IMG/VR virus record: IMGVR_UViG_3300027839_000006
Span: 28,161 to 92,160 of that record
Direction: 5' to 3' (one strand)
DNA from: a virus
DNA length: 64,000 nucleotides
Shown: positions 56,094 through 64,000 of the stretch, one piece after another
Numbering within the stretch: the stretch's first letter is position 1
Layout: each line of letters opens with the position of its first letter
The notes under the pieces: model-generated
Seen by the model: the letters and a program-made list of their open reading frames with translations, nothing else
Database searches by the model: none
Told to the model about the DNA's origin: nothing
Translations under genes and position numbers: made by a program

Positions 56094-58009
56094 GCAAGCA
56101 AGTTACCAGCCTCGCAGCCAAGCTCACCCAGGCACGGGACGCCTACTACAACGGCAAGCCCATCATGTCTGACCTTGAGTTTGACGTGATGGAAGACAAG
56201 CTGCGTAAGCTCGATCCAGGCCACGCCTTTTTCTCCAAGGTCGGCGCTGCTCCTGTGAGCGGTTGGTCCAAGGTCACGCACAAGATCCCCATGACCAGCT
56301 TGAACAAGGCCCAAGACGCCGACGATATGCGAACGTGGGGTAACGGTCGCACTGGCTACATCGCTGCCGGGGAGTTCATCTGGATTGAAAAGCTGGACGG
56401 GATCTCGATCTCACTCCGCTACGACAAGGGCATCCTGACCCAAGCTGTGACCCGTGGTGATGGCTCTGTGGGCGAAGACATTACCCGCAACGTCAAGCTA
56501 ATGAAGGGTCTCCCGAGTCAACTCGCTGTTGATCCATCATGGTCAGGCTACGTTCGTGGCGAGATTGTCTGCCTCCGGTCTGACTTCGATGCTCACTTTC
56601 CCGGTGAGTCCAACCCTCGCAACACGGCTTCCGGTACTGCCAAGCGTCAGTCCGATCCACGTCCATGCGCTCACCTGACGGTGATGCCGTTCCAGTGCCT
56701 TCCAGACACGGGAATGTACGCCACCAAGAAGGGTGAGCTTACTGCCCTGCAATCCTTGGGGTTCACCCATACCCCTCAATGGTGGACAAGGGACTCCCTC
56801 ACAGCCATCTTCGACACTTACAACGAGTATGTGGCTACGAGGCGGGACAATCTGGACTACGAGATCGATGGGCTGGTGGTCAGCCTCAACGACAACCAGA
56901 AGTGGGAAGATGCCGGGGAGAAAAACCATCGCCCCGCAGGATCAATCGCCTTCAAGTTTCCCCATGAGTCAGCCACAACCCGGCTCCAAGATATCATCTG
57001 GCAGGTCGGCAACTCCGGTCGTGTGACCCCCGTGGCCGAGTTTGATTCGGTGCCACTGGCAGGGGCCAACGTCCGTCGAGCGAGCCTCCACAACATCAGC
57101 AACATCGGACGCATCGCAAGCGAGGCAGGACACACGGCACTGCGGAAGGGTGATCTGATCATGGTCAGCCGCCGCAACGACGTGATTCCATACGTCGAAG
57201 CCCTCGTCACGCCCAAGACAAGCGGTGCTTTGTTGTCTGTACCTCCCACCGACTGCCCGTGCTGCGGCACGGCGTTGCAGATGGACGGTGAGTATCTGGT
57301 CTGCAACGGCACGATGTGTTCGGCCCAGGTGTCGGGCAGCATCAAGCGTTGGGTCAAGAAGGTCGGCATCCTCGATTGGGGGACCAGCGTGATTGACGTT
57401 CTGGTGGACTCTGAACTCATCAAAGATCCAGCAGACCTCTACAAGCTCGACGAAACCACTCTCTCGGCTGTCCAACTTTCGGGTCGGCGGGTCGGCTCTG
57501 GTGCCAAGACCATGCTCGCCAACCTCCACGCCAAGACCGATCTCCCCGTGAACGTGGTGGTCGGCTCGCTCGGCATCGACCTCATGGGTCGGTCAATGGT
57601 CAAGAAGCTGGTTGACGCTGGCTACGACACCCTGGACGCTCTGGCGACCGCTACGGTCCAAGAGTTTGCTTCGGTGCCCGGTATGGGTCAGACGAAGGCA
57701 GAAGCCTTCCATAGTGGCTTCCACTTCCGCTCTGGTCTCATCAGCAAGCTGGTGATGAACGGTATCACCATCAAGGCTCCCTCTACTGGCTTCCTCAAGG
57801 GCATGACAGTCTGCATGACAGGCTTCCGTGACGCTGCGATGCACGATGCGATTGAAGCCGCAGGCGGGACCATAAAGTCGAGCGTTGTTCGTGACCTCGA
57901 TTACTTGGTCGCCAAAGACCCAAGCTCTACAAGCGGTAAGGCCAAGAAGGCCCGTGATCAACTCACACACATCGTCAGCATCGAAGATATGCAAAGCCTC
58001 TTGAGCTAA
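56090..58009 (+). CDS. ligA: NAD+-dependent DNA ligase
   Basis: Motif I EKLDG, TRGDG, NPRN, YEIDGLVV, IAFKF, OB fold 'WQVGNSGRVTPVA' and 'RASLHN', Zn finger CPCC...C...C, HhH repeats and a C-terminal BRCT. Confidence 0.96.
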   Translation: MSKQVTSLAAKLTQARDAYYNGKPIMSDLEFDVMEDKLRKLDPGHAFFSKVGAAPVSGWSKVTHKIPMTSLNKAQDADDMRTWGNGRTGYIAAGEFIWIEKLDGISISLRYDKGILTQAVTRGDGSVGEDITRNVKLMKGLPSQLAVDPSWSGYVRGEIVCLRSDFDAHFPGESNPRNTASGTAKRQSDPRPCAHLTVMPFQCLPDTGMYATKKGELTALQSLGFTHTPQWWTRDSLTAIFDTYNEYVATRRDNLDYEIDGLVVSLNDNQKWEDAGEKNHRPAGSIAFKFPHESATTRLQDIIWQVGNSGRVTPVAEFDSVPLAGANVRRASLHNISNIGRIASEAGHTALRKGDLIMVSRRNDVIPYVEALVTPKTSGALLSVPPTDCPCCGTALQMDGEYLVCNGTMCSAQVSGSIKRWVKKVGILDWGTSVIDVLVDSELIKDPADLYKLDETTLSAVQLSGRRVGSGAKTMLANLHAKTDLPVNVVVGSLGIDLMGRSMVKKLVDAGYDTLDALATATVQEFASVPGMGQTKAEAFHSGFHFRSGLISKLVMNGITIKAPSTGFLKGMTVCMTGFRDAAMHDAIEAAGGTIKSSVVRDLDYLVAKDPSSTSGKAKKARDQLTHIVSIEDMQSLLS

Positions 58010-58287
58010 TGGCTCGCAGGTTCGCCCGCTTTGATCTTGGCGGGACGACCGTATTCTTCATGGGCAAAGTTTCACCCCAAAGTTTGCCCCTCAAACATTG
58101 AAAAACGCACTACTTCCAAGCATTTACGCTGGGTCTCTCAAATCGAAGTTATTGACGGAGCCCCTCGAACGTGATAGGGTGGTGTATGGGGTTAGGTTAG
58201 CTAACTCCCCGAAGAACCTGGGTTTTTCGGTCTTGAGCTTGATTCCGGTTCGGTCGGGGTCGTAACTATGTAAACATTGAGGAAACA

Positions 58288-59817
58288 ATGGGAAACAAAC
58301 ACGTCGAAGTCGATCTGAAAGGATTGGCGAAACTGCTCGAACGAAAGGGTCTGCACTGGCTGGCTCTTGAACTGCTCCAGAACGCTCTGGACACAAAGAC
58401 CACCGTTATCGATCTCACGATGACGGCGATCCCCAACCGCCCGATGGTGGAGTTGGTGATCACGGATGAAGATCCAGATGGGTTCCTCGACCTGTCTCAC
58501 GCCTACACGCTCTTCGCCGAGTCTACGAAGAAGGACGACCCCGAGCTTCGTGGTCGGTTCAACTTCGGAGAGAAGTTGGTCCTCGCATATGCACTTGCGT
58601 ATGGGGGAGAGGTGGAGATCTCCACGACCAAGGGAACGATCCTGTTCGATGATAGTGGACGGCACTCCAAGCGCCTCAAGCGTTCCGAAGGTAGCCAAGT
58701 CCGAGTCATCGCCAAGCTGACCCGAAGCCAGATGGCCGAGGTCGAGGCAGCGATCCTCTCGATCATCCCTCCCGCCGCCGTCGTGGTCACGTACAACGGG
58801 AAGCCACTCCAGACCCGTGTCCCGGTTCGGACCTTCACTGCGACCTTGCCTACGGTGAAGTCAGACAACGAGGGCATCCTACGTCCCACGAAGCGGAAGA
58901 CCGAGGTCGAGGTCTACGAAGTCGTGGGCGATGAGAAGCCCACGATCTACGAGATGGGCTTGCCCGTCGTGGAACTGCTGGGTGACGACAAGTACCACGT
59001 CAACGTGAAGCAGAAGATCCCTCTCAACATGGATCGGGACAACGTGACCCCGGGGTACTTGAAGAATGTGCGTGTCGAAGTGATGAACGCCACCCATGAT
59101 CTACTCGACAAAGAAGAGGCCGCATCAACCTGGGCTACGGAAGCTCTCGGTGACGACCGGATTGGGCAAGCCGCTGTCTCGTCAATCTTGGACCAACGCT
59201 TTGGAGAGAAGCGGGTTATCGCTGACCCCTCCGACCCCGAGGCTACCAAGGAAGCTGCCCGTGATGGCTGGACAGTCATCCCTGGAGGCACCTTTGGCGG
59301 GAAGCAGTGGGGCAACATCAAGCAGAACACCAGCCGAGGCGGAACCCGCCCTGCTGGTCGTGTGACTGGCACGTCCTTTGGGACATTCAGTGCTGCCCGA
59401 AACCCTGTTCTGGACCCAAGCAAGTACACCGATGGGATGAAGGAGTTGATCCCGTACATCATTCAAGTGGGCTTCCTGCTTACGGGTGGGGACATCGACG
59501 TGATCATCACGGATGATCGGGCTTGGGGTCATTCGGCCAACTACGAGGGCAGCGTGCTGACCCTCAACCTTGTTCGGAACGGACACAGCTTTTTCAACGA
59601 CAAGACCCCCGCAGGGTTCGTCCGAGTCAACTCGCTGTTGATCCATGAGTTCGCAACCCACGTCACCCGGGACCGACTCTCCAGCCAGTACCATTCGACC
59701 CTCGCTACCTATGGAGCCAAGCTCGCCGTGGCGGTAGCCACCATCGGCGCAGACCTTACGGACGCTTGGAACCTGGGCACGGGTTCCACTGCGGTCGATT
59801 GGGACGCCCCTATTTAG
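58288..59817 (+). CDS. GHKL (HATPase_c) ATPase with C-terminal zincin-like segment
   Basis: N-box 'ELLQNALD', 'ITDEDPDGF' and lid 'STKKDDPELRGRFNFGEK'. C-terminal 'LLIHEFATH'. Confidence 0.75.
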   Translation: MGNKHVEVDLKGLAKLLERKGLHWLALELLQNALDTKTTVIDLTMTAIPNRPMVELVITDEDPDGFLDLSHAYTLFAESTKKDDPELRGRFNFGEKLVLAYALAYGGEVEISTTKGTILFDDSGRHSKRLKRSEGSQVRVIAKLTRSQMAEVEAAILSIIPPAAVVVTYNGKPLQTRVPVRTFTATLPTVKSDNEGILRPTKRKTEVEVYEVVGDEKPTIYEMGLPVVELLGDDKYHVNVKQKIPLNMDRDNVTPGYLKNVRVEVMNATHDLLDKEEAASTWATEALGDDRIGQAAVSSILDQRFGEKRVIADPSDPEATKEAARDGWTVIPGGTFGGKQWGNIKQNTSRGGTRPAGRVTGTSFGTFSAARNPVLDPSKYTDGMKELIPYIIQVGFLLTGGDIDVIITDDRAWGHSANYEGSVLTLNLVRNGHSFFNDKTPAGFVRVNSLLIHEFATHVTRDRLSSQYHSTLATYGAKLAVAVATIGADLTDAWNLGTGSTAVDWDAPI

Positions 59818-59878
59818 AGTCAGGGGCGGTCAAGGGGCAGTGGACAGGGTAAGGTGTTCTCCCATCACGGAGTTTACC

Positions 59879-60247
59879 GTGCCCTCCGCTGGCCTCGACC
59901 TTTTCCTCAAGTCCCCTCACTTCAAGCTCCGTATCACCGAAGCCGACAGCTACGCCCAGGAGGTTGGAAGAAACCCGTGGGCGGTTCGTGTCGCCTGGGT
60001 CTCTTTGACTGAAGGTCCGTTGGTGGCTCGCCGCTACCTCAAGAAGCGACGGGCTTACCAAGACACAGCCCCGTACCAGATGTACTGCCGCCTCATCGAT
60101 GAAGGGATCTTCTCGGAAGACCCTCAAGGGGTCTACTATGAGTCTGCTCCAAAGTGGGAAGACGACGCTGGCACGATGGCATGGTTCAACACCATCATTC
60201 TGATTGCAGAAGGCATGGAGGTGCCACAAGACTTCCCTCGGCGGTAG
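59879..60247 (+). CDS. Hypothetical protein (~122 aa; start uncertain, GTG 59879 or 59840)
   Basis: ORF fills the gap between neighbours. SD GGAG precedes GTG 59879. Confidence 0.55.
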   Translation: MPSAGLDLFLKSPHFKLRITEADSYAQEVGRNPWAVRVAWVSLTEGPLVARRYLKKRRAYQDTAPYQMYCRLIDEGIFSEDPQGVYYESAPKWEDDAGTMAWFNTIILIAEGMEVPQDFPRR

Positions 60248-60274
60248 CCTATCTATCGACCACTGTTTGTGGAA
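60242..60274 (+). promoter_or_regulatory. Candidate late promoter motif
   Basis: CGGTAG-ccta-TCTAT-cgaccactgttt-GTGGAA, upstream of 60291. Confidence 0.55.
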
Positions 60275-60290
60275 CTGTGGAGGTAAGTCT

Positions 60291-61061
60291 GTGCAAAGGA
60301 TCAAGCTCATACGATACGGCACTCTGACCGTCACCCCCGATACCAGGGATGTCCTTGAAGCTCTTGGCAACAAGGCCACAGAGGTAGGGTGGCGAGTTGG
60401 GTTTGATCCGAGCCCGTGGGCAGAGGATGACGGAGCGCCCCGGTATCTTTCCCTCTCCCCCGCAGGCAGAGGCTTCAAGATCGAAGCCCTGCATGACCAG
60501 ATCACAGCGCCCACAGCCTGTCTGGCGGCTCTCTGGAGCATGACCGTCCCACTCGGGTTGACTCCGTGGAACCGCTATCCGGTCCCCGGTCACAAGGACC
60601 ACCAGTTCCACAACTTCGGGCCGTGGAAGCCTCTTATGGACCGCCTCTTGGCAGAAGGTCGTGGACACCTCGCATGGCCGTCCGTCTGTTGTGCTGCCCA
60701 AGTAGATGCCGGGATATGGAAAGGCGACAAGACCGTGGAACGCTTTGTTCAAGCGCAGCTACATCGGATTGGGTACAACGTCGGACCAGTCGATGGGATC
60801 ATCGGTCCCCGTACAGCACAGGCTATCGAGACGATGGGCTTGTCTGGCATCCCTCTCAAACAGATTGCCGAAACTCTGGTTGACCGGGAGCCCCCCACCC
60901 CTTCCAAGCGGGATTCTTCTACCGGGCACATCGTTGTCCCGGGTCGTTCACTTTCCGTAGCGAGCTTCGGGGATGTACGGACGGTACAGACCAACAACGG
61001 AGTCAGCTTGGATGTTCGTGGGCGGGGTCGAGTTGTTGTAGATATCGGGGGGAGTCGATGA
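60291..61061 (+). CDS. Peptidoglycan-binding domain protein with a possibly degenerate M15-peptidase-like N-terminus
   Basis: 'VQAQLHRIGYNVGPVDGIIGPRTAQAI' is PG_binding_1. Start reassigned to GTG 60291 (SD GGAGG). Confidence 0.7.
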   Translation: MQRIKLIRYGTLTVTPDTRDVLEALGNKATEVGWRVGFDPSPWAEDDGAPRYLSLSPAGRGFKIEALHDQITAPTACLAALWSMTVPLGLTPWNRYPVPGHKDHQFHNFGPWKPLMDRLLAEGRGHLAWPSVCCAAQVDAGIWKGDKTVERFVQAQLHRIGYNVGPVDGIIGPRTAQAIETMGLSGIPLKQIAETLVDREPPTPSKRDSSTGHIVVPGRSLSVASFGDVRTVQTNNGVSLDVRGRGRVVVDIGGSR

Positions 61062-61675
61062 TTGACCACCTATCATCCCTCTGGTCCAGACTCACGGGCA
61101 AGCCCCCCAAGATCCCTGAACCTGTGGATACTCCCAGCGCCGAGAAGATCCTCAAGAAAGTTGGGACCGAGATGCACAAGAAGCTGCACTCGACCTACGC
61201 TTCCTTGGCTCTGGCGTACATCGTAGAGGAATGTCAGAAGAAGGACTTTGAGACACCCCAGATTGCTTACTTGCTGTGGGTTCTCTACAAGTCGCAGAAG
61301 ACATGGCCCACCGTAGATCGACACCAAAAGCGGTGTTTGGTTTTCTTCCTCAATCTCATCGTGAGGGCAGGGAAACTTCCCAACTACAAAACCGTGATAG
61401 AACCCCAAGATGGGGAGACCGAACTTCAGATCAATGAGATCATCAAGACACTGGCGAAACGCTCAATAGACCTAAAGCAGATAGTTTTCAGTGGGTTAGT
61501 AGATATCTTGAAGAAGTACCAGAAGGAGTGGACGAGCCTTCATTCAGAGACCGCCTCCAAAGATATGCTCGGATATTTCTCGTACTCTTTCGGGGATCAG
61601 GCGAAGAATCGTTGGACCTTGTGGGGTGGTGAACCCGGGGATACTCTGCGACAGTATGCTCTCTTGAACTATTGA
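61058..61675 (+). CDS. Hypothetical helical protein (205 aa)
   Basis: ATGA overlap with the previous gene. SD GGGAG. Confidence 0.6.
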   Translation: MIDHLSSLWSRLTGKPPKIPEPVDTPSAEKILKKVGTEMHKKLHSTYASLALAYIVEECQKKDFETPQIAYLLWVLYKSQKTWPTVDRHQKRCLVFFLNLIVRAGKLPNYKTVIEPQDGETELQINEIIKTLAKRSIDLKQIVFSGLVDILKKYQKEWTSLHSETASKDMLGYFSYSFGDQAKNRWTLWGGEPGDTLRQYALLNY

Positions 61676-61724
61676 CGGGGGTAGATTCTCTTCGTGGCCG
61701 GGTAGATGCGGTAAGGAGGGAACT

Positions 61725-63323
61725 ATGGACGACGACAATCTGGAGGCCGTACATAAAAGGCTGAAAGGACTGCGGGAACGCACGGACCTTTCCCTCCGAT
61801 CCACGTCCCATTTGAAGGACACCTTCACGGGGTTCGACGGTCAAGAGCACCCTCTGAAACTCCGGTACTATCAAATCCAAGGGTTGCTCCACCTTGTCGC
61901 TATGAAGCGGTTTCTGTTGGGGGACGACACCGGACTCGGGAAGACGCTCCAAGCCATCGCCGCCCTCTGTTATCTGTGGGAGAAGAACCCCAACCAGAAG
62001 GCCATCGTTCTGACCAACAAGTCTGCTGTTGAACAGTGGGCCGGTGAGTTTGATAAGTTCACCACGGGCGTCAAGGCCATCATCTGCAAGGGCACCCCGG
62101 CCCAGCGCAAGAAAGCCTACGATCTATTCGAGGCAACACTCGGTCCGACCGTCTTGATCATGGGCTATCGGTCAGCGGTTAGAGACATAGGGCTTCTCCA
62201 AAGCTGGACAGACTTCATCTTCATTACAGATGAGGCAACCGCCTACAAGACCCCCACCACACAGATTCATCAGGTCGTTCGGCACCTCTCCCAGAACGCT
62301 GCTCGGACGTGGGCTCTCACGGCCACACTCATCAAGAACCACTTGATCGAGGGGTGGGGTATCTATCGGGTGGTGGTGCCTGGGTTGTTTGAGAGCACCA
62401 AAAACAAGTTCATGGTCAACTACTGCATCATTCGGATGCAGAAGATCCCACGCAGCAACCGACAGATTCCGGTAATCGTGGGCTACCGAAAAACCGATAT
62501 TGAACGCTTCAAGACCCGCATCGATGCGTATTTCCTTGGACGCCCGAAGTTCACCGTAGCCAGCGATCTACCTGTACTCACACGCAAGGTGATCAAGGTG
62601 GACATGACCAGGGCTCAAAACCTCAAGTATCAAGAAGCCCTATCGGGGCTGTTGGAGGTTGGGACTGGTCCTGACGCAGACCTCAAGGAGACCACCAAGC
62701 TCACGCAGATCATCTACTGCCAACAGATTGCTAATCACCTGGGGTTGATCGGCTGCGAAGGGGAGTCTTCCAAGCTCGATGCGCTCATCGAGCTTGTCAA
62801 AGAAGGGGACTTTGCCGATGAAAAGGTCATCGTGTTTTCTCGGTTTAGGAAGATGATCGACATCATCTGCCCTGCTCTGGAGAAGGCAGGTATCGGGTAC
62901 GCTCGTATCACGGGTAGCGAGACCGAGACCCAACGCAAAGTGGGGCAAGACGCCTTCCAGACCCAGGATTCGGACACTCGGGTTATGTGCATTACGACAG
63001 CCGGGACCGAGGCGGTCAACCTGCAAGCCGCCAAAGCTGTTGTCTTCTTCGACTCCCCTTGGAGTGGTGGAGACTACATCCAAAGCGTTGGACGGATGAT
63101 CCGTATCGGCTCCATCCATGATCGTTGCTATGCCATACACCTCATCGCCAATGGCTCTGTGGATGAGCGGGTGATGGAGGTCTTGCACAGGAAGATGAAG
63201 CTGATTGAAGCTGTTATTGGCAAACGCATCCAAGGTGAGGATGATGACGATGTTGAGATTATGGCCGACAACGACATCTCCGATATCTTCGATCTGCTTC
63301 AAGCAGACGCACGGGGGTCTTGA
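61725..63323 (+). CDS. SNF2-family (SF2) helicase/ATPase
   Basis: 'LRYYQIQG', 'LLGDDTGLGKT', 'DEAT', 'ALTAT', 'SSKLDAL', 'KVIVFSRF', 'EAVNLQAA' and 'QSVGRMIRIG'. Confidence 0.9.
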   Translation: MDDDNLEAVHKRLKGLRERTDLSLRSTSHLKDTFTGFDGQEHPLKLRYYQIQGLLHLVAMKRFLLGDDTGLGKTLQAIAALCYLWEKNPNQKAIVLTNKSAVEQWAGEFDKFTTGVKAIICKGTPAQRKKAYDLFEATLGPTVLIMGYRSAVRDIGLLQSWTDFIFITDEATAYKTPTTQIHQVVRHLSQNAARTWALTATLIKNHLIEGWGIYRVVVPGLFESTKNKFMVNYCIIRMQKIPRSNRQIPVIVGYRKTDIERFKTRIDAYFLGRPKFTVASDLPVLTRKVIKVDMTRAQNLKYQEALSGLLEVGTGPDADLKETTKLTQIIYCQQIANHLGLIGCEGESSKLDALIELVKEGDFADEKVIVFSRFRKMIDIICPALEKAGIGYARITGSETETQRKVGQDAFQTQDSDTRVMCITTAGTEAVNLQAAKAVVFFDSPWSGGDYIQSVGRMIRIGSIHDRCYAIHLIANGSVDERVMEVLHRKMKLIEAVIGKRIQGEDDDDVEIMADNDISDIFDLLQADARGS

Positions 63324-64000
63324 TGGGGGAAACACATCCTTACCCGGGGGGTGACGGGAAACCAGACTGCTCAACTTGTGGCGGAAGGGGTGCAATCTCA
63401 ATCGAGGGGGCTATCCCTCCTGCGGTACGGCGGTGTCAATGCGTCTTGGTGCGGGACGTACTGGCGAACGTAGAGCAGGGCTGGAAGGGGTTGTCCAAAG
63501 CCAGGGTCATAGAAGACAGCGATCTCAAGGGGCTGACTGAACGGAATCTGTTGATCACGGGAGCGGACCGGGTGTTTAGACGCCACCTTCGTCACGTTGC
63601 TGTCCGTATGGGACCAGAGTGGAACTTCAAGGTTGTCTCCGATGCAGACCTCATCACGTCTTGGCTGGCTTCCGTAGCCCTCAAGGGTGGTGAGTTATTC
63701 GATCCAGATGCCGCTACCGTTTCGACTCGGTACATCACGTTGGTTGATCTAATCGATCCACCTCAACTCCTGGTTATCCGGCTCGGGGTGAAGAAAGCCC
63801 GCAACGTAGCGATGTCTGAAGTGTTGTTGGAGACGCTTACCCACCGACACCACAACAACAAGCCCACTTGGATTACAGACCAGCCGGATGATCCTCTCGG
63901 GGAGATGCACCGATGTTGGTCCACGGAACTTACTTTGTATATGCAGGAATGGGACCACGTTATTCTGCGACAAGGCTTCGAGAATCTCGCTGCGAAGTCT
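63323..64000 (+). CDS. DnaC/IstB-like helicase-loader homolog with Zn finger and degenerate P-loop (runs off the window; missing from the ORF track)
   Basis: TGATG overlap with SNF2. Translated by hand: MGETHPYPGGDGKPDCSTCGGRG...RRCQC...RNLLITGADRVF...PQLLVIRLG...RHHNNKPTWIT, open to base 64000. Confidence 0.65.
   Translation, partial: MGETHPYPGGDGKPDCSTCGGRGAISIEGAIPPAVRRCQCVLVRDVLANVEQGWKGLSKARVIEDSDLKGLTERNLLITGADRVFRRHLRHVAVRMGPEWNFKVVSDADLITSWLASVALKGGELFDPDAATVSTRYITLVDLIDPPQLLVIRLGVKKARNVAMSEVLLETLTHRHHNNKPTWITDQPDDPLGEMHRCWSTELTLYMQEWDHVILRQGFENLAAKS

Noticed and set aside
58009-58101. 30-codon ORF (MARRFARF...) overlapping the ligA stop
   Set aside because: The TAATG overlap is suggestive, but the ORF is very short with no SD or motif, so it cannot be supported.
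1-64000. Alternative genetic code (TAG or TGA recoding)
   Set aside because: Multi-kb ORFs are intact in code 11, and TAA, TAG and TGA all end genes at sensible junctions.

Overview
This window reads as part of a large, jumbo-type contractile-tailed (myovirus) phage genome in standard genetic code, with a moderately high GC content. Positions 79-52261 are one + strand virion block of 13 genes. It holds gp25-like and gpJ-like baseplate wedge proteins, a gpI-like protein, a tail fibre/spike, a fibre-anchor protein, five very large structural proteins (1179-5090 aa), two smaller proteins and a holin-like protein, and it ends at a bidirectional terminator. Positions 52344-53939 are three - strand genes: a KhpA-like KH RNA-binding protein, a lipoprotein lytic transglycosylase and a small basic protein. 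Positions 53940-54520 are a non-coding control hub with four copies of a bipartite motif GTTACYTTYCR-N8-GGGTARACG (a fifth copy is at 55519). Two copies are each followed directly by a self-closing structured non-coding segment, which are candidate small RNAs. Positions 54521-64000 are + strand DNA-metabolism/early genes: DUF6011/HARP-like, WGR, NAD-dependent ligase, GHKL ATPase, a peptidoglycan-binding protein, an SNF2 ATPase and a truncated, degenerate DnaC-like protein. A second motif (CGRTAG-N4-WCTAT-N12-GTRGA) precedes structural and lysis genes and is a candidate late promoter. The best candidate for a new system is the promoter/small-RNA array beside the phage-encoded KhpA. All family calls come from motifs recognised by eye; no searches were run.
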